From the sequence record DRR723986_5079: 55,747 bases of DNA. One strand, written 5' to 3'. The position numbers were made by a program, and so were the translations under genes. Below the pieces are notes generated by a model, which saw only the letters and a list, made by a program, of their open reading frames with translations, was not told where the DNA came from and did not search any database. Positions 9,332 through 18,841 of the stretch are shown here, one piece after another. Each line of letters begins with the position of its first letter. Positions within the stretch are counted from its first letter, which is position 1.

Positions 9332-11137
9332 CTATTTCAACCAGCCGACAGGCCCGGCCATCAGCCGGGCCACAAGCTCCGACTGACTGTGCACGCCGAT
9401 CTTCTGGAAACTCTTTTTAAGATGCCCGCGGGCCGTGCTGACCAGAATTCCCTGGTTGTCTGCAATCTGGTCCAGCGATCGTCCTTCGGCGATCTCGAGG
9501 GCAATCTCCGCTTCTTTGCCGGTCAGGCCATAGGCCAGTTCGATCAGGGTCTTTCGGGTTTCGGAGGTGTCTTCGCCGGTCTGCACCCTCAACAACAACA
9601 AGCTGGCAGGCCCGTGCCTTTGAAGGCTGGTCTGTTTGAGGGCGGCAGGAAAAAACTGAAAGCCGACAGGCTTGCCCTCATGGACAATCAGTCTTTCCCC
9701 GTTCTGGCGAGAAATGACTGCCGCTTCGTTTTCTGCCAGCAGCGACTTTACCCGTGCCTTCGCGGTTTCTTGAATTTGACCAGCGTCGTCCTGCGGCAAC
9801 AGGCCCGAGAGCGATGTTTCGAAGGCGCCGTTGCAATGCAGGAGGTCGTTTTGCCTGTCCAGCAGGGCAACACCGATCTGCAGCCGCTCGATCACGCTTT
9901 CCAGAAGAACGCCGAGCGTCGCGCTCATCATGACCTGCTTGTTCAGGTTGAACGCCCGTTCCCAGTGCGGCATCAGCCGGCTGATGCGCTCGTGCAGTTC
10001 CTCCTCGTTGACGTTCCCGGAGAGTTCTGCCTCATGGATCATCCGGTAGATGATTTCCGTCCATCGGCTGTCGTCGTCGATGGCGTTGTAACAGAGCTCG
10101 ACAAGTTCATCCGGCTCCAGCTGCCGTGCGCCGGTTTCGCTGATCCGGTTGAGGATGTCCGAGGCAAGCTCTTCCACACCGACTTCCCTGATATCGGCCT
10201 CAGGGCGTCTGTTTTTCTGGACCCAGTCTAGGATCCGTCGGCTGATCGAGAATTTGTCCTCTTCCAGGAACAGCGCCGACCGGGCTCCGTCGACACGTTC
10301 GGAGGCAACGTCCTCAATGCCAATCCGCGACAGAAAGCGCTGGATGGGCGGCAGGAAACCGCCGTCGCGGAGCATTGCATCCTCGCCGCCGAAGACAACA
10401 AGGCACCGCGTGCCCGGTTTCATCTGAGCGTCACGCGGCCACGACCACGCACTGAGCATGCCTTCGAAAATCTGCTTCCAATATGCGGGTGTCGGTGTCG
10501 GCCAGCCATGCGGGTCTTCCAGGACCTGCTGAATGACGCGGTGATCCGTACTCATGACATCGGCAAGGTGCCTGCGATCCTTCAGGTGCGCGCCAAGGAA
10601 GGAATAGAGATGGTGCAGGGTCTGTTCGTCGGGCGTATCCGCCCCTTTCAGGCGGATTCGAACCTCGGCAAAAGTCTTGCCGAACAGGGCCAGCGTCTTC
10701 TGGTTGGGCGGCGGCGAGATGAACACGATGTGCCGGGCAAGGTCCGGCCAGGACTTCATGACTTCCAGGGTCAGCAGGGCGGTGATATTGGGAACGACGA
10801 TCAACCGGTCCTGCCAGGGCGTGTCCTCAAAGCTTCGCTGCAGCAGGTGCCGCATGTCTTCTACAGCAGATTTCCAGCCGTCTCGCGGATCCAGGTGCCC
10901 GGCAATCGAGGTCTTGTCGAAACTCTTGCCGTGTCCCCGGATATCGCCGGAGTGGACGTCCCAACCGGAGGCGCGGAACCCGGCTGCGAGTGGCTGCAGC
11001 ATTCCTGAATGCGTTGGTTGGCTATGGCCCAGGAAAACGGTTCTCTTTCCCGAATAGAGACGGCGCGTCATGTTGACGGGCCAATGACGGTAATAAAGCG
11101 AAGGCCCGTCAGGTCTCGGTAGGTATTTTGCTTCCAT
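9332..11137 (-). CDS. LuxR-family regulator with an N-terminal degenerate alpha/beta-hydrolase (lysophospholipase-like) domain and a PAS-like middle region
   Basis: N-terminal YYRHWP...GHSQPTHSG...DIRGHGKS...DGWKSAVEDM hydrolase scaffold; C-terminal YGLTGKEAEIALEIAEGRSLDQIA...STARGHLKKSFQKIGVHSQSELV LuxR HTH; start taken at MEAKYL. Confidence 0.85.
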   Translation of the reverse strand: MEAKYLPRPDGPSLYYRHWPVNMTRRLYSGKRTVFLGHSQPTHSGMLQPLAAGFRASGWDVHSGDIRGHGKSFDKTSIAGHLDPRDGWKSAVEDMRHLLQRSFEDTPWQDRLIVVPNITALLTLEVMKSWPDLARHIVFISPPPNQKTLALFGKTFAEVRIRLKGADTPDEQTLHHLYSFLGAHLKDRRHLADVMSTDHRVIQQVLEDPHGWPTPTPAYWKQIFEGMLSAWSWPRDAQMKPGTRCLVVFGGEDAMLRDGGFLPPIQRFLSRIGIEDVASERVDGARSALFLEEDKFSISRRILDWVQKNRRPEADIREVGVEELASDILNRISETGARQLEPDELVELCYNAIDDDSRWTEIIYRMIHEAELSGNVNEEELHERISRLMPHWERAFNLNKQVMMSATLGVLLESVIERLQIGVALLDRQNDLLHCNGAFETSLSGLLPQDDAGQIQETAKARVKSLLAENEAAVISRQNGERLIVHEGKPVGFQFFPAALKQTSLQRHGPASLLLLRVQTGEDTSETRKTLIELAYGLTGKEAEIALEIAEGRSLDQIADNQGILVSTARGHLKKSFQKIGVHSQSELVARLMAGPVGWLK

Positions 11138-11289
11138 GCGCAGATCTCGTCTTAGAACCACATCTGCCCAATGTGTCAAAATTCCCCTTGCAGACGCCCG
11201 CCGCGAGACTGCAGCAGAAAGCCGCCGTTGCAAATCTATGAAAATCCATAGGGTCTGGCTGCAAAAGCGGCGTTTCATGCCGAGTGCCC

Positions 11290-12309
11290 TTATTCGACGG
11301 TATTCTTGAGAGAGAACTTTGCAGCCTCGAACTCGGTCAGCAGGTCGGCGAGATGTGCATCGACCCGGTCCGGATGCGCGTTGGCACCGACAAGCTTGTC
11401 CTGCGCCAGAAAGAACAGGACATCGTCGTCAATCACGAAGCCGACGGTGTGATACCGCTGAAGCAGATCGAGCAGGGTGGCCTGAGTAGCAGGCGTCAGG
11501 ATTCTGAGAACGGCAAGGTCCGTATCCGCTCCGGCACCGTTTGAACAGGAAACATGGAATGCTTCGTTGAAGGCGATGGACTCCGTCTTGATGTCCCGAT
11601 CCAGAGGGCCCTTGTGGAAGAGGTTCTCCGGTCGCACTGCGGCCCGGACGCCTGTCTTGCGGCCAAGTTTGTAAGCGCCCAGGAGGGAGTAGAACACGCC
11701 GAAGCCCCCTCGGCCGCCACGGGCGTCACGCCTCAGGGCAGGATTCGCCGCAAGGCCGGCTTCCATTTCCATGGCACCGATTGCGACCCAGAACGGCAAT
11801 CCGTCGTTGCTGCTTGTACCCCAGAATTCGCCATCGAATTGGGCACCGACAAAGGATCCGACCTGAAGCCTGGTCAGTTCCGGGACGCGGTCTTCCACGG
11901 CAAGCGCCCTTTCGGATTTGACCAGGTGCGTTCGGCGATCCGCGCCGTCCGATGTCATGACGGTGCCGAATTCGCGCACGCGCTCCATGAGCTTGCCGGT
12001 GTAGCTCCAGCCTTTCCTGCGTGCGAGTTCGACCCGGCGCTTCAGCTGTCGGCCGTCCCTGTTTTCAAGCTCCCCCGCCAGAAACATGAGCGCGAACATC
12101 ACGGTCGTGACCGCAACAGGCACAAACGGAAAGCCGTCCGTCCAGAAGCCCTGCACCATGGTCCACAAAAGGGCAAGGATCGCCCCTATCGGCAGCATGC
12201 GTCGGACCGGAGCCGGCAGAACAACACCGGATCGGATGTCGGAGACATCGGGGGTCTCCACGGAGATTTCACCCTTGATCGGGTCCCAGTGCGTGACGCG
12301 CCCACTCAT
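11290..12309 (-). CDS. Membrane protein (2 TM), DUF3137-like, LemA-associated
   Basis: Two hydrophobic helices; DIKTESIAFNEAFHV...LRILTPA motif typical of DUF3137-type LemA partners; ATGA-coupled to the lemA-family gene. Confidence 0.65.
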   Translation of the reverse strand: MSGRVTHWDPIKGEISVETPDVSDIRSGVVLPAPVRRMLPIGAILALLWTMVQGFWTDGFPFVPVAVTTVMFALMFLAGELENRDGRQLKRRVELARRKGWSYTGKLMERVREFGTVMTSDGADRRTHLVKSERALAVEDRVPELTRLQVGSFVGAQFDGEFWGTSSNDGLPFWVAIGAMEMEAGLAANPALRRDARGGRGGFGVFYSLLGAYKLGRKTGVRAAVRPENLFHKGPLDRDIKTESIAFNEAFHVSCSNGAGADTDLAVLRILTPATQATLLDLLQRYHTVGFVIDDDVLFFLAQDKLVGANAHPDRVDAHLADLLTEFEAAKFSLKNTVE

Positions 12310-12881
12310 GACGGCGCTCTTGTCAGGTCGATTGGCGGTACGGCTTCAGCGGATTTCAACTGGTCTGCATTGAGTGTGAAAAACGCTGCCCGCTCGAAGC
12401 CGAGGAGCGAGCCGACCCAACACGAAGGGATGGCATCCAGCAGCGTGTTGTAGCGATCCACATTGCCGTTATAGAGCCGGCGCGCGGCACTGATCTGATC
12501 CTCGGTTTCCTCCAGCTGTTTTTGCAGTTGAAGGATGTTTTCCGTCGAAGTCACATCAGGATGATGTTCCGTGTAGCCAAGGAAGGTGCTCAGCCCCGCG
12601 GTCAGGTCGCCTTCGGCCCGTTCGATGTCTTCCAGGCTGCCCTGCCGGACCGCAATCGCCTTCTCCCGCACGTCCAGAAGACGGTCGAAGACATGGTTTT
12701 CCTGACGGATGGCGGAGCGGACCGTATTCACCAGCCCGGGAATAAGGTCATGCCGCCGCTTGAGTTGAACCTGAATGCCCGAACGCCCGTTCGCAACGGC
12801 ATTTCTGGCCGCTGCCAGGCGGTTTTGCAGGTAGACGAACCCGCCAAGGCTCATGATCAGTAGGATGAAAAGCGTCGTCAT
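12306..12881 (-). CDS. lemA: LemA family protein
   Basis: N-terminal TM; IQVQLKRRHDLIPGLV and LEETEDQISAARRLYNGNVDRYN LemA signatures; GGAG RBS. Confidence 0.9.
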   Translation of the reverse strand: MTTLFILLIMSLGGFVYLQNRLAAARNAVANGRSGIQVQLKRRHDLIPGLVNTVRSAIRQENHVFDRLLDVREKAIAVRQGSLEDIERAEGDLTAGLSTFLGYTEHHPDVTSTENILQLQKQLEETEDQISAARRLYNGNVDRYNTLLDAIPSCWVGSLLGFERAAFFTLNADQLKSAEAVPPIDLTRAPS

Positions 12882-12940
12882 GCATGTCTCCGGAAAACCC
12901 ATGTCCGGAAGACAACAGAACAGTTGGGGTGACACGCGCC

Positions 12941-12958
12941 CTCTCCCATTTAAGGGAG
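12941..12958. promoter_or_regulatory. 18-bp palindromic operator, copy 3 (CTCTCCCATTTAAGGGAG on +)
   Basis: 17/18 identical to copy 1; 60 bp upstream of the lemA start on the minus strand. Confidence 0.75.
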
Positions 12959-13002
12959 CTTGAAAACGTGAAAGGCACAGGACACCTTTTCCACATTCCT
13001 GA

Positions 13003-13761
13003 CTAAGGGGAAATCAGCCCGTTGAGCAGCGCGATGGCAATTGCCTGTTCGCGGGTCGCGGCGCGAAGTTTTGTGCGGGCGTTCTTGAGATGAAGTTCGA
13101 CGGTAACCGGCCGGAGGCCGAGCTTGTCTGCAATCTGCTTGCTGCGCAGGCCTTGCGCGACCCAAAGGAGGCATTCCTTTTCCCTCGGGCTCAGCGCGAT
13201 GTCCCTGTGCTCGTTTTCCAGCGCGGCCTGCAGGCGCTGGTGCGCAAAGAAGGCTGTCAGGCGGAGCAGGTCGGCATGTTCTGAAAATATCTTCTCGATT
13301 TCGTGGCGCGGCAGGCTTGAACCGAGGTTCCAGCCACCAGCTCCACCAGGCCCGGCTTGCCGCACGATACAGGACATGCCGGCACGCATGCCGGTTTCTC
13401 CAGCTTCCTGAATGAGTTGGCGCTGGGCGGCGCACAGATACGGGTAGTCCGATAGATAGTCGATACCCGTCCCCATAGGAGTAGTCGAGGTGCAGCAGTA
13501 GGCAAAGAAGGGGTCGATCCGCTCATAGGCGGCGGCGCGGTAATGAGAGGTCCAGCTTTCCGGAAAGGTGGTGAACATCGACAGACCGGCCATCGTGCGG
13601 TCGATGTAAATGAGCTTGTCGAAGCCAAAGGATTCGAAGAATTGCGCACTGGCTGTCCAGGCACTGTTGGAAGAAATTCCTTCAGGCAATTTCTCGATCA
13701 AACTGGGCGGCACTGCGTCTGTCCAAGCATAAACTATGGTTTTCCATATATTGGAGATCAT
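13003..13761 (-). CDS. LuxR solo: autoinducer-binding domain + HTH
   Basis: FPESWTSHY...YERIDPF...GMRAG autoinducer domain; LSPREKECLLWVAQGLRSKQIA...TVELHLKNARTKL HTH; no luxI in the window; exact start uncertain. Confidence 0.88.
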   Translation of the reverse strand: MISNIWKTIVYAWTDAVPPSLIEKLPEGISSNSAWTASAQFFESFGFDKLIYIDRTMAGLSMFTTFPESWTSHYRAAAYERIDPFFAYCCTSTTPMGTGIDYLSDYPYLCAAQRQLIQEAGETGMRAGMSCIVRQAGPGGAGGWNLGSSLPRHEIEKIFSEHADLLRLTAFFAHQRLQAALENEHRDIALSPREKECLLWVAQGLRSKQIADKLGLRPVTVELHLKNARTKLRAATREQAIAIALLNGLISP

Positions 13762-13861
13762 AGGGTGCCGGGTTACATCGGACAACGGTTAGAGTTCACG
13801 GGGATTTTTACCTGACCAGGGCCCGTCGGACGGAAAACGTTTTCGAGGGGCTGCTTCTGGC

Positions 13862-15187
13862 GTGACAGGCACGGGATCACAGACAATCGTCCTTGGAACG
13901 CTTCTGTTGGGGCCATTGGTTTACGCGTTCTGGCGCAGCCGCAAGGGAACGCGTGCAGACTACATTTTCAACTCGGGCCGAACGGGTTTACTGGCCACGG
14001 TCGCCGGTATCATCTGCGGTAACATCGGCATCGGTACATTCGTTGCACTGGTGCTGTTTTCCGCGGCAAGCCCGGTCATCGGCCTGTCACTCGCGCTGGC
14101 TTACGGCACCGGGCTGCTGATGTGTGCCCTTGTCGCTCCGGGTGTGCACAGACTGTCGCAAAAATACGGGGTAAGAGGACTGATCGACCTCATCGTGGTC
14201 ACCCACAAGGTACGGCATCCGATCCTGATATGGGGGCCGGTTGCCTTTGTCTTTCTTCTGCGGGCCTCGGTACAATTGATTGCCCTGGCCGTTATCCTGA
14301 CGGCTGTCCTTCCAATCCCGCCGCTTGCGGCAGTCGTGCTCGCAACATTCTTTGCAGGGGCCTATACGGCGATTGGCGGCTACAGAGTGGCAACGGAAAC
14401 CGACATTCCGCAGGCCGTGGTCATTCTCGTCGGCATTGCGATCCTCGGGATGTGGAACATGGAAGCGCCTTCGCGGGAGCTCGTGTTTTTCGACCTTGGT
14501 CCCTACCGCTTTCCGATCCTGATCGGCATCTGGCTGTTCATACCGGCAAGCGCTGTTCTGGCAGTCGACAACTGGCAGCGGATGGCGACCGCACGCGAGC
14601 CGTCGGTTGCCCGGAGCGCATTCCTGCTCGGAGCCCCGATATGCCTTGCGGGATACCTCATTATCGTCTGGCTCGGGCTGCACAGCATGCCTGGCGGGGA
14701 CGTGATGCAGATCCTGCACACGTCGGTGCCGCAGACCTGGACATGGCTTGTCGACCTGATGCTCATCGCCGTGGTGATGTCGACGATGGACACGTTCGTG
14801 ATGCCGCTGATGGCCGGTCTGGAACGGACAGAACTGTCGCTGGGGAGATTGCAGCTTATCGTTGCCGCGCTGTTCACGTTGCTCGGTCTTTCAGCGGCCT
14901 TGTTCGCGGATGTCCTGAACTCGATCATTTCCGCCTTCAGTTCGCTGGCGGTGTTCTTGCCGGTTGTCTGGGCATCGGTTCGCGGCCGGCGTGTGAGCGC
15001 GCCGGCGGCAATCGTGTCCCTGAACGTCGGGATCGCGGTCACCGTGCTGCTGACAACAGTGGACCTGAATTCCGCGGCGTTGGCTGGCTGTCTTCTGTCC
15101 TGGCTGCTGTATGAGACAGTGTCACGCCTTGCCCCGGGCCAGTCCCTGGCGCTTCGCAAGGTTGCTGAAAGAGACGCGGGAGCTTGA
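13862..15187 (+). CDS. Sodium:solute symporter-like membrane transporter
   Basis: About 12-13 hydrophobic segments; NIGIGTFV, YTAIGGYRVATETDIPQ, WQRMATA and AVVMSTMDT resemble SSS-family motifs. Confidence 0.75.
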   Translation: MTGTGSQTIVLGTLLLGPLVYAFWRSRKGTRADYIFNSGRTGLLATVAGIICGNIGIGTFVALVLFSAASPVIGLSLALAYGTGLLMCALVAPGVHRLSQKYGVRGLIDLIVVTHKVRHPILIWGPVAFVFLLRASVQLIALAVILTAVLPIPPLAAVVLATFFAGAYTAIGGYRVATETDIPQAVVILVGIAILGMWNMEAPSRELVFFDLGPYRFPILIGIWLFIPASAVLAVDNWQRMATAREPSVARSAFLLGAPICLAGYLIIVWLGLHSMPGGDVMQILHTSVPQTWTWLVDLMLIAVVMSTMDTFVMPLMAGLERTELSLGRLQLIVAALFTLLGLSAALFADVLNSIISAFSSLAVFLPVVWASVRGRRVSAPAAIVSLNVGIAVTVLLTTVDLNSAALAGCLLSWLLYETVSRLAPGQSLALRKVAERDAGA

Positions 15188-15224
15188 CGCTTCGCCGCCT
15201 AAGTAACTGCGATTTCCGTTCAAG

Positions 15225-15242
15225 CTCTCCCATATGGGACAT
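15225..15242. promoter_or_regulatory. 18-bp palindromic operator, copy 4 (CTCTCCCATATGGGACAT)
   Basis: Same motif; TACTCC hexamer at 15264 after a 21-bp gap; 60 bp upstream of ATG 15302. Confidence 0.72.
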
Positions 15243-15301
15243 TTGCAGTCTGCAAGGATCGCCTACTCCTTCCCGAGTTTCGGCTCAAAGGAGACAATCT
15301 G

Positions 15302-15769
15302 ATGAAATACGCCTACGCTCTTGCAGTTGGCCTTCTGCTGGGTTTGCCGGCAGAATTTGCGACAGCACAGTCGCGCTCCAATGAGGGAGTGACAGGTCAA
15401 CCACAAGCCTGTCCGTTCAACCATCCTGTTGGTTGCTTCATCAAGACCGGTTCCAAGGGGCCGGTGAAGTCCGTCTACTTCTTCAACGACTACAAGCAAA
15501 ACCGGTGCGGGGTTCATACGCAGGTTTGCCCGGAGGGGCGCAAGTGCTTCACGCGCACGGAGAAACTGAGCCTGAACACCGCGACGGGAGAATTCTATTC
15601 AAGCCGGATCAATGGAGCGGTCACCGTGACGAACAGTTACGGGTTCTCCACCAAGACGATTGGGTCCGGTTATCCCGCCTTCATGCGGGCGAAGGTCAAA
15701 TATGTCGGGAAAAACGGCAAGGCGAGAACCAGCACATTGTCCTTCAAGGCGTCGTCTGAAGGGTGCTGA
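15302..15769 (+). CDS. Small exported basic Cys-containing hypothetical protein
   Basis: AAGGAG RBS; Sec signal MKYAYALAVGLLLGLPAEFATA; 6 Cys. Confidence 0.78.
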   Translation: MKYAYALAVGLLLGLPAEFATAQSRSNEGVTGQPQACPFNHPVGCFIKTGSKGPVKSVYFFNDYKQNRCGVHTQVCPEGRKCFTRTEKLSLNTATGEFYSSRINGAVTVTNSYGFSTKTIGSGYPAFMRAKVKYVGKNGKARTSTLSFKASSEGC

Positions 15770-15811
15770 CCGGCCTCTGCAGCAGGCCCGGACAGTTTGC
15801 GAAACCTTTCG

Positions 15812-16534
15812 TCAGTTCAGCCTTTGAACCTTGCTCAGCGCACCTTCCGTCTGCAGCCGGGAGACCGCTTCCTTGATGCGGGTCCTGACCGCTCTTCCCA
15901 CATCGCATTTCGGTGTCCAGGCAAATACCGACACCTTTCTGACGGGAGTTGCGTGGAAGGTCTTGTCGAGATCGACACAATTCTCGGCGTCCTGACTTTG
16001 CAGCAAGTTGCAGTTCGGCCGGAGGCCAACGATGGCGCTTACGCTTTGCCGGGACAGCATATCGACCATCTGGTCCGGGTGCTCGACCTCGACCTTCGCA
16101 ATCTTTTCGTTGGCGTTTATTTCCGGTAGGAGCTCGGAGCCGAGCAGCAGGCCGACCGAATTGCCTTCAAGCTCTTTCAAGCTGCCGACGGGATCCAGTT
16201 TGTTCGAGTAAAGAACGACTTCCATGTCCCAGAGGCGTGCAGCCTCCTCCGAGCTGGCCCGGATTTCGGGGTGGTCCGGCATCACCACAAATCCCTTGAA
16301 ACAGCCACTGGCCACCGTGTGCACGCGCTTGTAGGGCATGACGATGAATTCGGGTGTGGCTCCCATCTCATCTGCGATCATTGCGGCGACGTCGACGAGC
16401 AAACCGCTGGGAGGGTTCGAGTTTTTGCCCCAGGGAGGCACTTCTATCGTCGGTACCTTGATAGTGTCGGCAATGGAAACGCCCGGGAGCAGAAAAACGC
16501 TCATGGCGACCAAAAACGCCGATAGACCCCGCAT
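15812..16534 (-). CDS. Periplasmic substrate-binding protein (family 3-like), no permease adjacent
   Basis: GAGGAGG RBS; signal peptide; EVPPW...SGLLVDV...MPYKR...LEGNSVGLLLG pattern. Confidence 0.72.
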   Translation of the reverse strand: MRGLSAFLVAMSVFLLPGVSIADTIKVPTIEVPPWGKNSNPPSGLLVDVAAMIADEMGATPEFIVMPYKRVHTVASGCFKGFVVMPDHPEIRASSEEAARLWDMEVVLYSNKLDPVGSLKELEGNSVGLLLGSELLPEINANEKIAKVEVEHPDQMVDMLSRQSVSAIVGLRPNCNLLQSQDAENCVDLDKTFHATPVRKVSVFAWTPKCDVGRAVRTRIKEAVSRLQTEGALSKVQRLN

Positions 16535-16627
16535 GCCGCTCCTCCTCACCCGGTTCCGAGCCGATTACAGCGAGATCATTGCGTAGTGGACCTTCCATGA
16601 CAATTGTCGAAACTCTGAAGGTTTGGC

Positions 16628-16654
16628 AAAAAAGGCCGCCATCTCTGGCGGCCT
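16628..16654 (-). terminator. Rho-independent terminator after the molybdo-oxidoreductase operon
   Basis: AGGCCGCC-ATCTCT-GGCGGCCT stem with an A-tract on the left (U-tail on the minus strand). Confidence 0.8.
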
Positions 16655-16665
16655 ACGGAGCATGT

Positions 16666-18840
16666 TTACGCGGATATGCCTCTTGTGAAGGGAAGGGTCC
16701 GAATGCGGGAACCGGTGAGCTTTTTCCAGGCATTGGCGACAGCGGGAGCAACAGGCGGTACACCCGGTTCACCGACCCCGGTCGGATCGGCCTGCGAGTT
16801 GATGATCGAAACCTCGACTTCCGGCATTTCGGACAGCCGCAACGACCGGTAAGTGTCGAAGTTCGACTGTTCCGGCTGCCCGTCCGCATCAATGGTGATT
16901 TCGTCATACATGGCAGCGCCTAGAGCGTAGCCGACCCCGCCTTCGAGCTGAGCCCGGATCAGGTCCGGATTGATGGCAACGCCGCAGTCGATCGCGCACC
17001 AGACCTTGTGCACCCTTGGCAATCCGTCCTCGCCGCGCGAGACTTCGGCGATTTCTGCAACGTAGCTGCGGAAACATCTGGCGATTGCAACGCCCATCGC
17101 CCTGTCGCCGCCGCTGCTGGCACCGGACCAGTTTGCCATGTCGGCGACCTGCTCGAGAACTCTGCCCAACCGCGGCTCTTCTTCGGAGATCAAAGCAAGG
17201 CGACCGGCAACAGGGTCGCGCCCGCCAAGTTCCAGAAGGTCATCGAGGAATGTCTCGACCGCATAACATGTGTGGCTACTTCCGACAGAACGCCAGAAAT
17301 TGGCACTGACCCCGTTGTCCATCAGATGCAGCCCGACACGAAGATTTGGGATTGCATAAGGCATACCCATCGCACCTTCGACGGCGGATCTGTCGATTCC
17401 GTTGCGCACGGCTCCATCAAAGGCTGTTCCTTTCAGAAAGGACTGAACGGCGATGACCTGGTCCCAGGCCGAGATGTTGCCAGCATCGTCCACACCGCCG
17501 CGCAATTTGTGAACGCACATCGGTCTGTAGCGTCCGCCTCGGATATCGTTTTCCCTGTCCCAGAGATGCTTGACCGGTCCCTGACCCCAGACCTTGGCAA
17601 CGCTTACGGCTTCGGCCGCGAATTCCGCATCCGGTGTTCCAAGGCGCCCGAAGCTACCGCCGGCAAGCATGGTATGAATTTCGACCTGCTCCGGCTTGAA
17701 CGCGAGCACTTTCTCTATCTCGCGCTGGTCACGTGTGACGAGCTGGCTGGCCATCCAGATGTCGACCTTTTCCGGTGTCAGGTCGACCACCGCACCCATG
17801 GGTTCCATGGGGGCATGAGCGAGGAAAGGGAACCGGTATTCCGCTTCGATCTGTCGCGCGGCGTCCTTCAGCGGCATGTCACCTTCACCGCGCTTTTCGG
17901 CTTCTGCACCGGGGGTCTGGGCAGCTGCGGCGTAGGTGGTGAACATCTCTTCGCTGCTGCGCGTTTCAGCCTTGGTCAAGTCCCATTCGACCTCCAGGGC
18001 CGCCTTGCCCTGCATGGCCGCGTAGCGCGTACGGGCAATCACCACAACACCGCGTCCGACTTCGTGAACGGCCAGCACGCCCGGCAGGCCGAGCGCGGCC
18101 GCGGCATCGACGCGTGATACCGTTGCGCCAAAGACCGGCGGGTGCAGGATTGAGCTGTGGACCATTCCGTCCAACGTCATGTCGATGGTGTAGATTGCCT
18201 GGCCGGACGATTTTTCGAAACCATCCACACGCCTGAGATCGCTGCCGATCAGCGTGAAGTCGGCAGGATCCTTGAGAACCGGCTCCGTGACGGACGGCAT
18301 CTGCGCCGCGGTTTCGGCGAGGGCTCCGAAGCCGGATGTCCGGCCACTGGGTGCATGACGCACGATCCCGGATTTCACGTCGATTTCCTTTTCCGGCACG
18401 TTCCAGAGACGCGCGGCAGCGGCAACAAGCATCGCCCGGGCAGCCGCGCCGGCCTTGCGCATCTGATAATAGCTGTTGGCCATCGCCGATGAGCCGCCCG
18501 TTCCCTGCATGCCCATGTTGAGATTGGCATAAAGCTCGACATCCGCAGGCGCTGCCTCGACGCGCATCTGGTTCCAGTCCGCATCCAGCTCTTCGGCAGC
18601 GAGCGTCGCTAGACCGGTGAATGTTCCTTGTCCGAATTCGATATGCTTGGAAATCACGGTGACGGTGTTGTCGGGAGCGATTTTCAGGAAGGCATTCGGT
18701 GCTGCCGGCAGATCCCGCATCTCTGCGGGGCTCATCCGCCGGATCGCCTGACAGAAGCTTTGGCTTGGAAGCACCATGGATATGACAAGCCCGCCGCCGA
18801 TGCGGGTCAGAAAGGACCGTCGTGTCAGCGTTGTGTTCAT
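16666..18840 (-). CDS. Xanthine dehydrogenase family molybdopterin subunit (isoquinoline 1-oxidoreductase beta-like)
   Basis: TRRSFL twin-Arg leader; [48 protein letters not shown] motifs. Confidence 0.92.
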   Translation of the reverse strand: MNTTLTRRSFLTRIGGGLVISMVLPSQSFCQAIRRMSPAEMRDLPAAPNAFLKIAPDNTVTVISKHIEFGQGTFTGLATLAAEELDADWNQMRVEAAPADVELYANLNMGMQGTGGSSAMANSYYQMRKAGAAARAMLVAAAARLWNVPEKEIDVKSGIVRHAPSGRTSGFGALAETAAQMPSVTEPVLKDPADFTLIGSDLRRVDGFEKSSGQAIYTIDMTLDGMVHSSILHPPVFGATVSRVDAAAALGLPGVLAVHEVGRGVVVIARTRYAAMQGKAALEVEWDLTKAETRSSEEMFTTYAAAAQTPGAEAEKRGEGDMPLKDAARQIEAEYRFPFLAHAPMEPMGAVVDLTPEKVDIWMASQLVTRDQREIEKVLAFKPEQVEIHTMLAGGSFGRLGTPDAEFAAEAVSVAKVWGQGPVKHLWDRENDIRGGRYRPMCVHKLRGGVDDAGNISAWDQVIAVQSFLKGTAFDGAVRNGIDRSAVEGAMGMPYAIPNLRVGLHLMDNGVSANFWRSVGSSHTCYAVETFLDDLLELGGRDPVAGRLALISEEEPRLGRVLEQVADMANWSGASSGGDRAMGVAIARCFRSYVAEIAEVSRGEDGLPRVHKVWCAIDCGVAINPDLIRAQLEGGVGYALGAAMYDEITIDADGQPEQSNFDTYRSLRLSEMPEVEVSIINSQADPTGVGEPGVPPVAPAVANAWKKLTGSRIRTLPFTRGISA

Positions 18841-18841
18841 C

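Noticed and set aside
13786-13861. Lux-box search between the LuxR solo and the symporter
   Set aside because: No convincing palindrome; CACGGGGATTTTTACCTG is only weakly symmetric
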